Assembly (NCBI GenBank): GCA_973895155.1
Contig: OZ316892.1
Location: 1,801,223-1,865,222 of the forward strand
Reading direction: 5' to 3'
DNA from: Marsupella aquatica
Taxonomy: Eukaryota; Plantae; Marchantiophyta
DNA: 64,000 bases
Shown here: positions 12,753-25,862 of the stretch, piece by piece
How the letters are laid out: each line of letters starts with the position of its first letter
Numbering within the stretch: position 1 is the stretch's first letter
The notes under the pieces: generated by a model
What the model was told of the DNA's origin: nothing
The model's database searches: none
Seen by the model: only the letters and a program-made list of their open reading frames with translations
Translations under genes and position numbers: made by a program

Positions 12753-14338
12753 ACAGGGTGAGCATATGATTGGTACATCGGTTATCGGGGAATAAATAGT
12801 GCCAACTCAGTGTAATATTGCCCGTTCTCAGTGTTATAATATTGCCCGTTCTCAGTGTCAAACTTGTGACAATCAGATCAACTCACAATTCCAAAAAAGT
12901 TGATCTGAAACAATTGAGTGATGATCAAGGAGTGGTACGATGTCGTAAACGTCATATAACTTGAAACCTCAGTTCGAGAATTCAGCCCTTAACAACATTT
13001 CTTTACTGTAGGAATTTGATCAGCCACAAGTTCATTTATATGAAGATATGGATAGTTACAAATTCCGATTAACGTAGGGGTCATGCGATTGATCCTGCAT
13101 TCCGAGCAGAAAACTTGTCCAAGGAATGTCACTACAGACCAAAGATGAAGGTTAGGAGAGTGAGTGCGTAATCTTTAAAGCCCAAGATAAGGGCTAGATG
13201 AAATTCCAAAGCAACAGAGGTCAGCAGGAAAGAAGGCAAAAGAAGACAGGAAAGACTAGAATATAATAGCAGGTGCAGATTCCCAGTGTTGTGGGTTGGG
13301 AGCTCGAGAAGTAGTTAATTTTGTTGTAGGACAGGGCTAGACTCGGGCCAAAAACGAGTTAAAATTGCGAAGTCTGCTATGGGAATCTGATAACGCCAAA
13401 CGGAGTACTCATCATGTAGACGTCAGAGATAGCTGGAACCCTTCCATCTAGGAAGACACCCTAGTTAACGAGTGTCTTTAATTCCGATGCCCTACAGCCA
13501 GGATACCATGATGATGGCAAATAAAGATCTCAGGGGTCGTAGAGAACTCACCGTCATCTTCATCGTCGCTGCCAAATTGTTCATCGGTTTCATTTCTAGG
13601 AGTCTGTAGAGTCAAACTCTGGACTGTGTGCGGAATTTTGTCGCGTGCTCCAAGGAGGTTGGGGTTAGCCACGTATCCAGCAGCGGAATAATGATCCAGC
13701 CCCTTCTTAAATAGACCCTTCCTACAGCATCAGCACACGAACAAGGATGTCCCCATAAGAAGTGATTCCCCACCAGAATCATGCCAGAGTCCTGAAGAGA
13801 GTAGCTTGACTGAATACTCTCGGCATTGAACAGAAGTCGAAAAAGCACTCCCGAAAGTGCCTTGAAAAAAAGAAAAACATGACAGAAAAAGAGAGTGTGC
13901 AGACACAAAGGAGGAAAGAAAGATCTGCAACTCACTTCGATGGTAGCCCCACTTTCACTGCATGTTTCCCCTTCTTGAATTTTCGCATAGACCGCCCCAT
14001 TGACGCGCTCCGTTAGCAGCAAGCCCCCTGCAAGCTGGCTTGTGGGAGCTTCGCACATTCACTCGAGGTGGTCCTGCAGTTCAATCAGCCGGATTCGAGA
14101 GAAGCTCTCGCAAACACTCCTTCTGCTTACGCGAGATTTTGGAGCTCCCCAACAAGATCTAGCACCCAGAAAGTTTCGAGAGAAATGATCCACAACAGAA
14201 AATCAGGGCGAGCTGTCGGAGGGGAGAACTTTTCTGAATCCGACTCCAAGGCGTGCTCGATGCCTCAACAGAGCCAGGGCCTACGAGCGTATGTTAAACC
14301 CAAAACCCTAATTCCGGGTAAGGTTGGGAGGAGGTTAA

Positions 14339-14594
14339 GGGCTAGGTTTCATGGGCCAGGGGGCAGGGAGTGCTATCACTCCCTTTGACACCCCCCGGGG
14401 CCCAAATACACCTTAAGCCAAGGTTTACACAGTATTTTAATGTATGAATTCTGAGTATAGAGCCAATGAGAATGCACTGTAGTTTCACTAGGTGTTGGGA
14501 CACTCCTCACTCCCTGGAAAAGCTGTGATCTTATTGGCTCAAACATGCTGACACACATGTGCACTATTCCCTCGCAGCCCCATGGAACCTGTCC
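14339..14594. mobile_element. Possible PIF/Harbinger (Tourist-like) MITE
   Basis: TAA on both sides (14336-38, 14595-97); imperfect TIRs GGGCTAGGTTTCATGGG / CCCATGGAACCTGTCC. Confidence 0.4.
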
Positions 14595-15396
14595 TAAGGG
14601 ATTGGGAGTTGGGGCATGAAACCCACTTCCCTTTCAGTGTGCTTGATATGTGCTACAATGGTGCTCTGCCTCAAAAACATTCACCAGACCCCTCAGCAAA
14701 GGTCACAATAGGCTGAACATTGTGCATTCCTGTTTTGATAATACTTTGTACAATACTTTCCACCATATGGTTGACAGTACAGTCCGAGAGTACAGTGGGG
14801 CCATATGCGAGCACACATCACCAAAACTGAACAAAGTTCAGCCAATATTTAGTGAGTCTTCCTAAACTTAATCTCTGATATAGCAGCTTCAATATGTACT
14901 TTAGTGAGTTTTCCTAAACTTAATCTCTGATTATGGTTATGCCCTTTGTGGTGCCTTTAATCAATAAGACTAACTTAGATAGTAGTCGGTCTTTAAATCC
15001 ATAAAGTCTTGTTGTCTCCAGTTTGGGTATAAAATGGATTTTAAAAGGCAATTTTTATGCAATAAAATAAATATGCTTGAAAAACAACACTCTTGAAGGC
15101 TGCATAACAAGAAAATTGGAAAAGAATGTTAAAAATATGACTGGGAGTGAAAGAGCATGTGTAAGGTGGGGTGAATGGAAGCTAGCTAGGGGTTTGGTTA
15201 TGATAAGCTTACATTGAAGTTTAATGCAAGGATTATTAGGATGTCAACATGTGTATGGGTCTAGTTAATATGAAAATATTGTTTTGAAGTGGTATTTAAT
15301 GTTAGATTATTGTAATGTCAACTCTAAAGTATTAGAACCTTGTTTTAAGTTAAACATGTCAAAGAATACTTCAACCTTTGCATTTGTATACCAATC

Positions 15397-15667
15397 GCCT
15401 TAACTTATGACCTTATTGATCTTGAAGTTACAATTGGGCTCAAACAGTACACCTACCTTTGTAGATGTGTGTATCAGAATGCCTTAACTTGTAACCTTAT
15501 TGATTTTGAGGTTACAATTAGAGTCAAAGAGTACACGGACCCTTGTAGAGGTGTGTACTAGAACGCCTTAACTTGTAACTTCATTGCTTTGAATTGATAA
15601 TTGGTGTCAAACAGTACAATGACCCTTGTGTATATGTGTACAATAGTAGATTGCCTTAACTTGTATC
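15397..15667. repeat. ~84-bp tandem repeat, ~3.2 copies
   Basis: GCCTTAACTT recurs at ~15397, 15481, 15565 and 15653 with conserved CAAA.AGTACA and CCTTGT blocks. Confidence 0.85.
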
Positions 15668-16924
15668 ATATGATAAAGATATTTGGATTATAGTGCCCTA
15701 TTAATAAACTACTTAAGTGAATAACTTTTGGTAACAATAATTTACTTTTTCATTTTCAGAGTCCAACAAAAGGCAAATTTTACTTTCTTAATATATGTAA
15801 GCTGCTAAGATAACCCCAAACTATATGAAACAAAATTATAGTAGACTAGTCTACCTACCAAGAGCATTGTTTTTTTACAGATAGAAATGTAATTTATTAA
15901 TACTTACATTTTGGTTAAGATTGGAGAAATCTCTGATTATGCTAATGCTATAAATTTGAGTTTCACATTCAAGTGATATATTTCAATGCTATAAATTTGA
16001 GTTTCATATTCAAGTGATTATTACCATAAGTGTATGTGAATCACACTTATGATAATGCTATAAATTTGAGTTTTTCTATCAATTATTTTAAAATAAACAC
16101 TATTATGATAAATAGTACATGTGCAAAATTAAATTTGCAATATATATAGATACTTAATTTAGCTTACAAAGGATCAATTTTTTATTTTACACATATTGAA
16201 TGGGGGAGAGAAACAAACCTCTATTTCAAGCCTTATGAGAAACTTGGGGTTGTTTCTTAGTGACGTTTGCGACCCTCCAAAATTTTTCTAGAAACTCACA
16301 CAAAATTGCTCATGTCAAGAATTGAAAACAAAACATTGAGCCACTTCACAAGTAACAATTCAACACAAGTTCTAGACATAAAAAACATGCAATGATATAA
16401 ACACTTACCTAGATCATAGTCACCATGAGAAACCTTCAGAAAAGATCTCGTCTGCCACATGAGTCTATCTTTTGTCAGGTCTTGGTGAGATATATTCCTT
16501 AAATGCACACCAAAAAATTCATAAGCATAATCTCAAATTCACTTACACATTGAAGCATAACCAACAATTTCCAAAACATAATTTATTTTATTATTTTGAA
16601 ATCTCTACAAAAACAAGTCTATGACTTTTTATTGATTAGTAGAACATACATTTGAAAAGAAGTAAATCAAGTGTTACTCACTCCTCTCATGAACATGGTT
16701 ATATATAACCTTGGTTTCTTTTCAACATGATCATTATGATTCTACACTTTGTGTTTTTTTCTTTGTTTCCATTTGCCATTAATGAGATTGATGAGAATTT
16801 TGTTTTTTTACATTTGTCATTACTCCACAAATCATGATGAATAAAGTACACTTTCCCAAACAACAAGCATACTTGACTCCCCACAAAACAATTAGAACCA
16901 GATTTGTTTGCTAGTGATGCCAAT

Positions 16925-17810
16925 ACACCGGGTTAAATCAACACCACATTAAGGCTCCCCAGCCTTCTTGGGGCCCCGTACCCTCCCCGTCACTCATCCC
17001 AATGCTGCTGCCCGCAAGCCCGCGCGTCCATCAATCACTGTTCTGGCGCACTTGAGACGTATTAGGCCTGATCGGCGACGAACGGAAAATTTCCGTCCAT
17101 TTCAAATTTCACGGCCTTTAGGGTGCAGGACACGCTTACTCGGCCTCCAGTCCCCCTCTATTTTGTCACATGTTCTCATTCTCAGTTGTTATCATTGTGG
17201 TCCCACTGCTGCAAATACTCGATGTGCAGTGTTGTGCGTTCTGTCGTCATATCATTTTCTAGCGCGCGCGAGCGTTCTGCTCAAAGTTTGCAGAGTCTTG
17301 AGCTCTTGTTTCTTGTCTCCCACGCGCACTATCAAATGCGATTCGGCCTTTTCAGTTAAGATTGTGTTTTTCCACTGTGCATATATGTTTTACTTTTTCT
17401 TCACCACGGATTATGTTAACAATGTCTTCTGTATTCAGTTCTAATTTGTTTCACTAAGCACCTCAGTAGTGTTCAGCGTTCTGTACAAGTTGGCGCCTCT
17501 GCCCAAGCAAGAGAAGATCAAGATCAGGTTACTGGCAACGTTGCAGTGCACTTTTTGCATGTGTGGACCCTATCACTATTGAGGAGCATTGATCGTGGTA
17601 CAGATTGCCTCCGTCATCTCTTTCCATGTAAAACGTGTTAGAACAATGGTGTTTGTGTAGTCGTTCTACCAGTCCCACACAGTTATTGGATGTGACGTAC
17701 CCTAGTTGTAATGGACATGACAGGGGGCGTGATTCAGGAGGAAGTTCTTCGCATTGTCACCTGTTTGGACTCTTAATCAAGCTATCATTCCTTGGGAACG
17801 CTTGACAAAC
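16925..17810 (+). repeat. Left TIR of MULE
   Basis: Reverse complement of 25752-26648; mirror ORFs MGPRTLPVT.PNAAARKPARPSIT at 16968(+) and 26605(-). Confidence 0.93.
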
Positions 17811-18333
17811 ACCTGCAGAGACTTTGTGTTTGATGAGAAAGTCTGTCAGTCTGTGTTTCTTATGCAATGCTAACTTGCATTTGTGGCGTGGGGCATAAGG
17901 TCCCCTGTTTGAGCTTGCAACTTGCGCTATGCAATCGTCGTTCTTCATAAACCTAAACTCTAAACTCTCTATTTGTGTTACTGTTCTGGTTTTGTGATAG
18001 TAACTTCCTCAATTTGCCATAGACTTCAGCTCTTTTGCGTTTTGACAATTGTGCGGCTGGGAAGCAGAGATTGGCGCAACACTGCCCCTTGCAACGATGA
18101 CGACGGTGTGTTTCTTTGAGACAACCATCCCCATGCTCTTCTCGATTAGATTTTGTGGCGGAAGCGGGGCCGGAAGGTTCCCCATTGAGCTTGCAACTTG
18201 CGCCATGTTATCATCATTTTTCATAAAAGTTAAACTCTAAACTCTTTTGTTTGTGTTACCGTTCTGGATTTATGACAGCAAGTTGCTCATTCTGCAGTGA
18301 GTGTGATCTCGACGATTTTATAGTGTTGTGACC

Positions 18334-20950
18334 ATGCCTCGGTCATTTTCAAGTCAGGCTAGGAAAAGCAAGTTGCCTGTCCCACCACCTGAAGTATGGG
18401 CACAATTTCCTGAGGCACAAGAGAATGTGCATTGGGTCCGGCAGAAAAACCCTTCCTTTCTTAGAACTTCAGGATCTGGTTACGTTTGCAAGGTGATGAC
18501 TGATGATAGTTGTACACATTTCATCCGAAGAACCTCCTTCTTGGATCACATGCGATCCTTACATCGCATGAACCCAGGAGAATGTAAGAAAGGTCATCCA
18601 AAGACCTCAGCCCAACAAAGGTGTGTAACTTTATTTGCATTATATGTGACTGTTCTGCCATGACAACATTTATGTGATGTTTTGTGTCATGTTCACTATT
18701 CTGGCATGCAAATGTTCAGGAATCCACCAAGTACAGCAGCGATTGAACATAATAGAGAATCAACACTTGGGTCATTTCGTGGACGGGTATGAGGCAGAGC
18801 AATTTGGTCTCTGTTCTGCCATAACTCACGAAAGGTAATAAAAAAACCCATACAGAAGCCAAAAAAGAAACAGAACCAGAAGGCTAAGGGGAAGCCATCT
18901 CGTGAAACAGAAAACCCCCCAACAAAGCCTACATCTAGGAGGAAGAAAAAAGCAATGCCTGCAAAGGAGCAGCAGGCAGAAGTTCAACCTGATCGAGAAG
19001 AAAGAGCAAAAAGAAGGGAAGCTCGTAACAATGACAAACCCACCCAGAGGAAGAAACAAAAGAAGATGGTTGTTACTGAGGTACCATTTCACAAGATTTT
19101 TGTTTCGACGATTTGTACTTGTTTGTTTCTATTGTTCTTCTGGTTTGCAAGCTTTTCTCTTTTGAAAATTCATACTTGTTTGTTTCTATTGCTATTCTGG
19201 TTTGCAAGCTTTCTCTTTTGAAAATTCATACTTGTTTGTTTCTATTGTTGTTCTGGTTTGCAAGCTTTCTCTTTCGACAATTCATACTTGTTTCTATTTT
19301 TGTTCTGGTTCGCAAGCTTTCCCTTCCGACAATTCATACTTGTTTGTGTTTATTGTTGTTCTGGTCGGTAGGAAGTGGCGGACAAGGAAGTCTTGGAAGC
19401 TATGAAAGAAGACCCCGACACTATCAGCCATGGAACAGAGCCTTCGCATGAAGATAGTCATGAAGGAGAGAAACACTCAGCCAGGTACTGGTGATGAAGA
19501 AGAACAAGAAGTCCTGTAGAACAAATATGCCAAAAATCAAGCCAACAATGAAGAATCCGCCTTTGAACATGAAGGCAATGAAGCAAGAGACCAAGGCACT
19601 GAATCAGGCTCCGAACAAGCCACTGAACAAGCAGACTACATTGAAAATGAAACTAGATTCCCAGATGATCAAGAATCCTACAAAAATGAAGGTGGAGGCA
19701 CAAAAGAGCAAGAACCAGACGGAGGCAGTGAAACCTCTGGAGTACACACTAGTACAGAGCATTCAGAGGGTATTGAAAACACACAAGCCACAAATGTGCC
19801 GTCTACTACTAAGGTATGGGCACTTGCTAGCACTGTACAATTTATTTCAATTCTGTCTCGTAACACTCTTTATTTCAATTCAATTTCTTATGTGTAGTAA
19901 GTTGGTTATGTGTAGTAAGTTCAGTGTGCTAACACCCTAAGTTAATTGCAGTTCAGTCGCTATGACTTGTAATATCATTGAAATTTAGGGGCATTGTTAG
20001 TTTTAATTTTGTTTGCTCCTGTTCATATACATGATAGGCAATTTTGACTCTTTATGGATTACTGTTCTATGTTGCAGGGTACTCCTTCCGTAGAGAAAAA
20101 AAGGCTCAAGAAGAAACCAACAACCAGGAAAAAGGGATCAAGGACAAAAACCCCAGAGAAGTTCAAGGTTCTTGCCACTATTGGAGGTAAGATAAGAGGA
20201 CTTCAGGGAGGACTGATGGTCGTTTCACTTTTACTTACTACATTTTCTGTGGATTTGTGGAATGAATTCAACTTACTATTGTTCTCGTCACTGTTTTGGT
20301 AGGATTGCTCCCGACCATCACACCGCCAAGTTCCGATGAGTCATGGGGTATGATCAGGTGGAAGGCTGAATTAGGCCTCCTGCTAACCCATGCAGCAGAA
20401 AATTTACTGCGTGTTGTCCCCGCTTTGCCCAATTCTGTAGTTGGTCTTGATGGGCAGGTCATCCCCTTCATCGAAAGCTACAATATATCAGCCAAAAATG
20501 GCAAACAAGTCTGGCTACCACTACACGCAAAGAGGCGGAAGTCCTACACACAACTCCAAGTTTTCCTATGGGTTTACCACACAAGGTAACAGTGCCTTGC
20601 CAACCATTCTCTCCCTCTGAATATAGGTATGATGTAGGCAAGAGGACTTTGCTAATTACACTTTCTATTATGCTCTGCAGGAAGATAGCGGTACCTTTTC
20701 CGGCAATTGACAATGCTCATCCATGGCCACCATCTCTATATTGTTGGGTTGGACCAGATGGCATCCCCATTGCCCCTCGCCATTGGGACTTGTTAACAAC
20801 CACCAGAATTCAGCTTAGAGCCCTTTAGCTTCAGTCAGACAAGAATGTCACAGTTGAGACCATTGGACCCATGACTGACTGCCAAAAATTCCCACCCCTG
20901 GAATTGGATTCTTTGCCTGTTCAAACAGGGAACTATAGAGCCCAATAGAC
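18334..20950 (+). pseudogene. MULE second gene (mudrB-like position): C2H2-like zinc finger, K-rich and acidic regions, unknown C-terminal domain; disrupted
   Basis: Exons 18334-18620 (YVCKVMTDDSC...FLDHMRSLH), 18720-19080, ~19372-19813, ~20078-20187, ~20303-20585, ~20681-20950 with GT-AG borders. In-frame TGA at 18790; further stops and a frameshift near 19470-19520 and 20826. Confidence 0.65.
19105..19365. repeat. ~56-bp intronic tandem repeat, ~4.5 copies
   Basis: ATTCATACTTGTTTGTTTCTATTGTTGTTCTGGTTTGCAAGCTTT repeated. Confidence 0.85.
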
Positions 20951-21142
20951 ATAGACATCAATGGAAATGTCATGGTTGAACCATGTCCAATGTAACTATG
21001 CCTGCCTCTTGGCAACTATCTATATAATAGCAAATGAAGTTATTTACACATCAAAAGAAACCAAAGAGTGTGAAAGCACTCTGCTCTTTCTACATTCACT
21101 CTCCAGCTTGCAATGATGAATTGTCGTGATACATCGCCAAAT

Positions 21143-21760
21143 TTGTGTGACTGTTCTAGCAATTGTTCTTTTGCACCGCTACATTTTATACATTTGTGTG
21201 ACTGTTCTGGTAGTCGTGCATTTGCCCAATACAAGAGTTGTCGTATGTGTTCATGTGACTGTTCTGGCAGCCCTGCAATTTCCCAGATATAAGGGTTGTC
21301 GTCTTTGTGTGATTGTTCTGGCAACCCCGTGTTTGCCTAGCTACACGGGTTTTTGTGTTCGTGTGACTGTTCTGGCAGCCCTGCAATTGCCCAGATATAA
21401 GGGTTGCCATCTTCATGTGACTGTTCTGGCAGCCTCGTGTTTGCCTAGCTACAAGGGTTTTTGTGTTCGTGTGACAGTTCTGGCAACACTCCGATTGCCC
21501 AGATATAAGGGCTACCATCTTCATGTGACTATTTTGGCAGCCTCGTGTTTGCCTAGCTACAAGGGTTTTTGTGTTTGTGTGATTGTTCTGGCAGCCCTGC
21601 GATTGCCCATATATAAGGGTTGTCATCTTCATGTGACTCTTTTGGCAACCCCATGTTTGCGCAAGTATAAGGGTACTGTTGCACTTGTTTTAGTGTTCTG
21701 GCAGCCCCGCGTTTGTGACCCATGATTGTTTCTCGTGTTTGTGTGATTGTTTTGGCATAT
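21143..21760. repeat. 54-bp (108-bp dimer) tandem array between the two MULE genes
   Basis: TGTGACTGTTCTGGCA recurs every ~54 nt, with alternating CCCAGATATAAGGG and GCCTAGCTACAAGGG variants. Confidence 0.9.
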
Positions 21761-21984
21761 GAAAATTCTTTGTAGACTTTGACGGTCATTGTCCTCCTCA
21801 CATTCAACTAATGAGAAATGCACTTGCATTTATGTGACTATTCTAGTGTCCACTTATTTGCACACACAAGATGTGAAGTATGCCTAAGATCAATGAGTTA
21901 GTCAATAGCTAGGTAACTTATAGTTACTTTTAAAAGGGTCTTAATAAGCAGTGTTATGTGGTCACTGAGCACCAAATTTCATTA

Positions 21985-24900
21985 TCATGAAGCCTCCTCA
22001 TGAAGGGATACATTGAGGTCAATATTGGTGTTTATGTCTACATCCCTAGCACCACCTCCAAGGTGCATGACACGAGCAGAAAGTGGTGGAGTGAACTGAT
22101 TTGCTGTCCTACGTCGCCGCCTACCGTCCTTAAATTCCTTGCCTAACCTACTCAGATGTTGCTTGATAGATTCCCAAACCAATTTGCGCTTGGATGGTAG
22201 TTTACATGGTGTTGTGCCATCCTCCTCCTGCCATTCAAGAAAGTTGCTAAGTTACCGCTCTTCAATTATTTGGTTTTTCATACAAGAAAGAACAGAAATT
22301 GGAACAAACAAAAAAATATAGAACTTACCATATTAGTAATTATTTGAGACGAAGCTGCTTGTTCTCTTGTTTGTGTTGTCCTCAAAGCCATATTCCTCCT
22401 TCCTCTCTTCCCACCGTGGTAAATGTCCACATGCAACACCTAGACGTCGCTTGGATGTAAGACCCATAGGCCTGACAAAAGCATCAACACAGGACCTATA
22501 TTGTCTTTCTATAATTCATTGAGAGGTGTTTAGTTTGTTCTTGGCTCTTCACTTTGTTCAAAGTAAGTTGTGTTGCCAGGAATACTTGCTCTGTTAGACG
22601 GGCATCCCCTTCCACAATGAGCAAAATCTCATCAAACATCTCTTGCACAGATTGTCTGAGGGACCGCTCTAGGTTCTCTTTAGGTAGAATAGAAACATGA
22701 AGGCTAGATTCCATTGTTTCACAAACCGCATGAGGCTCGACTTGGCCTTCTACTTCTACATGTTCAGGTGGTGTCAGGATGTTCTCATCCGCATTCAAAT
22801 GTGAGATCCCACCCATGAGGCTACCAAACCTGGTACCTAGTTGTTGAACCAAGACAGCACCTTGACAACCTCTCACTAGCAATGCCTTCAATTGGTGCTT
22901 GCACATGTTCCCTTCATCAGCCCACTTACAACAGCATGAAGGAAAGTTTGAATATATATTGCGCACAATATACTCTCTCCCATGAGGTTTTAAACTTTTC
23001 ACAATTGCCTGATTGGGCAATGTCTCGGGGGGGTCACTTCCACGGAAGTGACACATCACGTGCGACGAAGTATAGGCCCATTTAAATGGGTGTGGCGGAA
23101 GACTTCCAAAGTTTGGTGGAAGAACACATAGGGCATGTTTTATTGATTGGTCGACTTTAAAGAACACATAGGCCTATTTAATTGCAAAAAATACTTTCTA
23201 TAAAGTTTTTAGGGGTTTTTTAATAAAAAATGACAAAATTTTAAGAAAGAAAGGGCTTTGCAAAAAAATATTTTTCACTTTAAAGTTAGGGGGGTCAAAC
23301 CCTAAAACGTCGCACGCGATGTATGACCCTCCATATAGTGACCCCCCCGAGGGCAATGTTGGATCAGGAAAACAGACCTGATGGTCTTTCATTCGCTGCT
23401 CTACCTTGTGGAGATTATTCAAGACTATTTCCTCTTTCTTGTAGTTGATGACTCTTCCCCTTGCTTTGCACCGAATTTGGTACCAAAAGAATGGAAGCAT
23501 CACTTGAAAAAGTGCATTCACAATCCGATCAAGGCGACGTGCTCCAATGGCCCCTATTACTCTCCTTATCATCTTTTTCAAAGTGCAATGCCAAGCTTCA
23601 ATTGCACCATTTGTATTCTGGTTGGCACGGGGCATTGATCGAACAGCCCTCATCCACTTTGTTGGAATATAAGACATGTCACAACATTAAGTACCAGAGA
23701 TCCAGGCAGATTTCTGAAGTATTCCACAACTACAGAGACACAGGATATTATGCAATACAGAACAGCTACAAAGGCACACAAACTTGTGCAGTACAGAACA
23801 ACTACAAAAACATTGCAAAAATAAAATACATGGCAAGATATAAATACAATACAAACACCTTAGTTAGACCAAATGGACATGTTGACAACAAAGAATTTAC
23901 TAAAATGGCCAAGCATACCCCAAATAGCAAACCACATACCTGTTCTATACATCCAAGTGTCTTCAAAATACTTCAGAAATAGCTTTTCAGAGTTGTATTT
24001 AATTTTGAAGGCATGCCACAAGGCTTGCATGTCTTCCTCAATCTCAGCATACATTAAATCTCCAAGATCATCATTCATGTTTAGGAGCTTGGCTCTGTTG
24101 GGAACCTTCTTGATCAGATTCTCCTTCCAAGCCCTGTATGGAAGTACTTGTGAGTGAAACGGGTAGAACAATAACAGAAAGACTCTATAAGTGATGATGA
24201 TAACTAAACATGAGAATGGTGGTATGTGGTTTCAAACATACCTTCTGACATGCCAACTACAGAAGTATATTGGGATGTTAGGAAACACTGCTTGTAAGGC
24301 ACTAACTTCAGCCTGAGCGCAGTCGATGATGAAACAACTTGGACTCCAATCCGGTTTGGTCAACAAGGCTCTGTCTTTCACAACTTGTAAAAACGACCCA
24401 ATATGTTCTGCTGCCTCTGACTGTTGTATACACCACGCTATGGGTAGTCCCATTTGGTGTTCATCAAATGCAACAAGAGTAAAGAAAGGAAACTACCATC
24501 ATAACAAATGTAATTAAGGTTACATGCCAGAACAGTAATGTCAGTCAATACAAAAATAAACCAAAACAGTAATGTCATTCAACATAGAAATCAACCAGAA
24601 TGGTAATTCAAACACACGATAACATCACAAAAATGAATAAAACATAATGTAGGAAAGGGACCAAGAGAACTGACCCCATATTTGTTAATTGCAAATGTGG
24701 AGTCCAGGGCCAAGACCGACCCATGAGACAACTTTGTCATTTGAGCAAGCTGCCAAGGTGATTGGAGTCCAAGCATGAACTCCTGCTCTGGAGGTCCCTC
24801 CAAGTACTCATGGGAAAGAAAAACTCTTTCAGGGTAAAGGCATTTCCATTTCCGCATTGAGGCTTGGTCATTGTCATCCCATACCCACAACTCTTTGTCA

Positions 24901-25862
24901 ATTTTCCTCTTCAGGTTTCGCAGGTCCTGTTTTGGCAAAAGGTCGTCTCTACCATCAAAGCTTAGTGTGACTTCCATGTCAGTGACATTATGGCCACGAT
25001 CATCACCATCCCTCTCAAATTGTGACTGACAGTGTAGGTCATATATGTCAAGGACAGACCACTTTGCCCTCAACAAGTCTTCTAGGTGTTTTTGCAACTC
25101 GTTGGTCAGCCATGGAGCAACACTACACTTTGGCCCCCATGTTGGCGGCCCCATTTCATGCTCCCAAGAACCAGGCACTATGTCGCCTCTAAGGTTGCAA
25201 TGGATTCTGCAACCAGAACAATAATAACCACACACAGTTTCAGTGATGTTTGGTGACAGAACAGTAACAACATCACATAGTTTTAGTGAAGTTTGATGCC
25301 AAAACACACACTATATCGCAAATAACTTACTGTGATGTGAAGAGTACATGGTGGCAGAACAGTAAGGAAAACTCAAACTGGAACGCAAGAACAGAGTCAT
25401 AGAAGTTCATTTTGAGTCAAAAGGTAGTCTGTACCTATTACTATAGGTGATTTGAACAACGTCAGGGATCATCTTGAATCTCTTTGCAATGAAGTGGCAT
25501 TGACAATTCCTTTTTGCGTGATTGTTGAAGTTCTTTTTGCATAGACGTGGCCTGCTCCCAATTCCTGACTTTGGATGTGTTCCTTGGAGAGGAGGAACAC
25601 ATAGATTGACATTGTCTTCTTGCGGGCCATAAGAACACCAGAATATCTTATACTCTACCCAATCTGTGTTCTCAGAATCTGATTTCTTTGAAGTCCTAAT
25701 GTAAAAAGATGTCTCAAATTTAGGATCTCTTTTGCCCTCCCCATCCCTAAAGTCTGTCAGGCGTTCCCAAGGAATGATAGCTTGATTAAGAGTCCAAACA
25801 TGTGACAATGCGGAGAACTTCCCAGGAGGTGGGTCCTGAATCACGCCCCCTGTCATGTCCAT
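21985..25862 (-). pseudogene. MULE transposase (N-terminal Zn-binding domain, DDE core, SWIM finger; At1g60560/At4g13970-like), interrupted by a MITE
   Basis: Exons carry FWCSYGP...CQCHF, FMLGLQSPWQL...ALDSTF (D1), LPIAW...FIIDCAQAE (D2), FCSWHVRR (CxxH), QNTNGAIEAWH (E) and CCCKWADEGNMCKH (SWIM). The frame DPTLP|NQAIVK is split by the 23024-23351 insertion. The 3' end is approximate. Confidence 0.88.
23024..23351. mobile_element. 328-bp MITE, 15-bp TIRs, 8-bp TSD
   Basis: TIRs CTCGGGGGGGTCACT / AGTGACCCCCCCGAG; TSD GGCAATGT at 23016-23023 and 23352-23359. Removing it restores the transposase frame. Confidence 0.92.

Noticed and set aside
16968-17444. 158-aa ORF in the TIR and its mirror at 26213-26605
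   Set aside because: Non-ATG start, and the frame differs between the two TIR copies.
21126-21725. 199-aa and 148-aa repetitive ORFs
   Set aside because: By-product of a 54-bp (multiple of 3) tandem array that is open on both strands.
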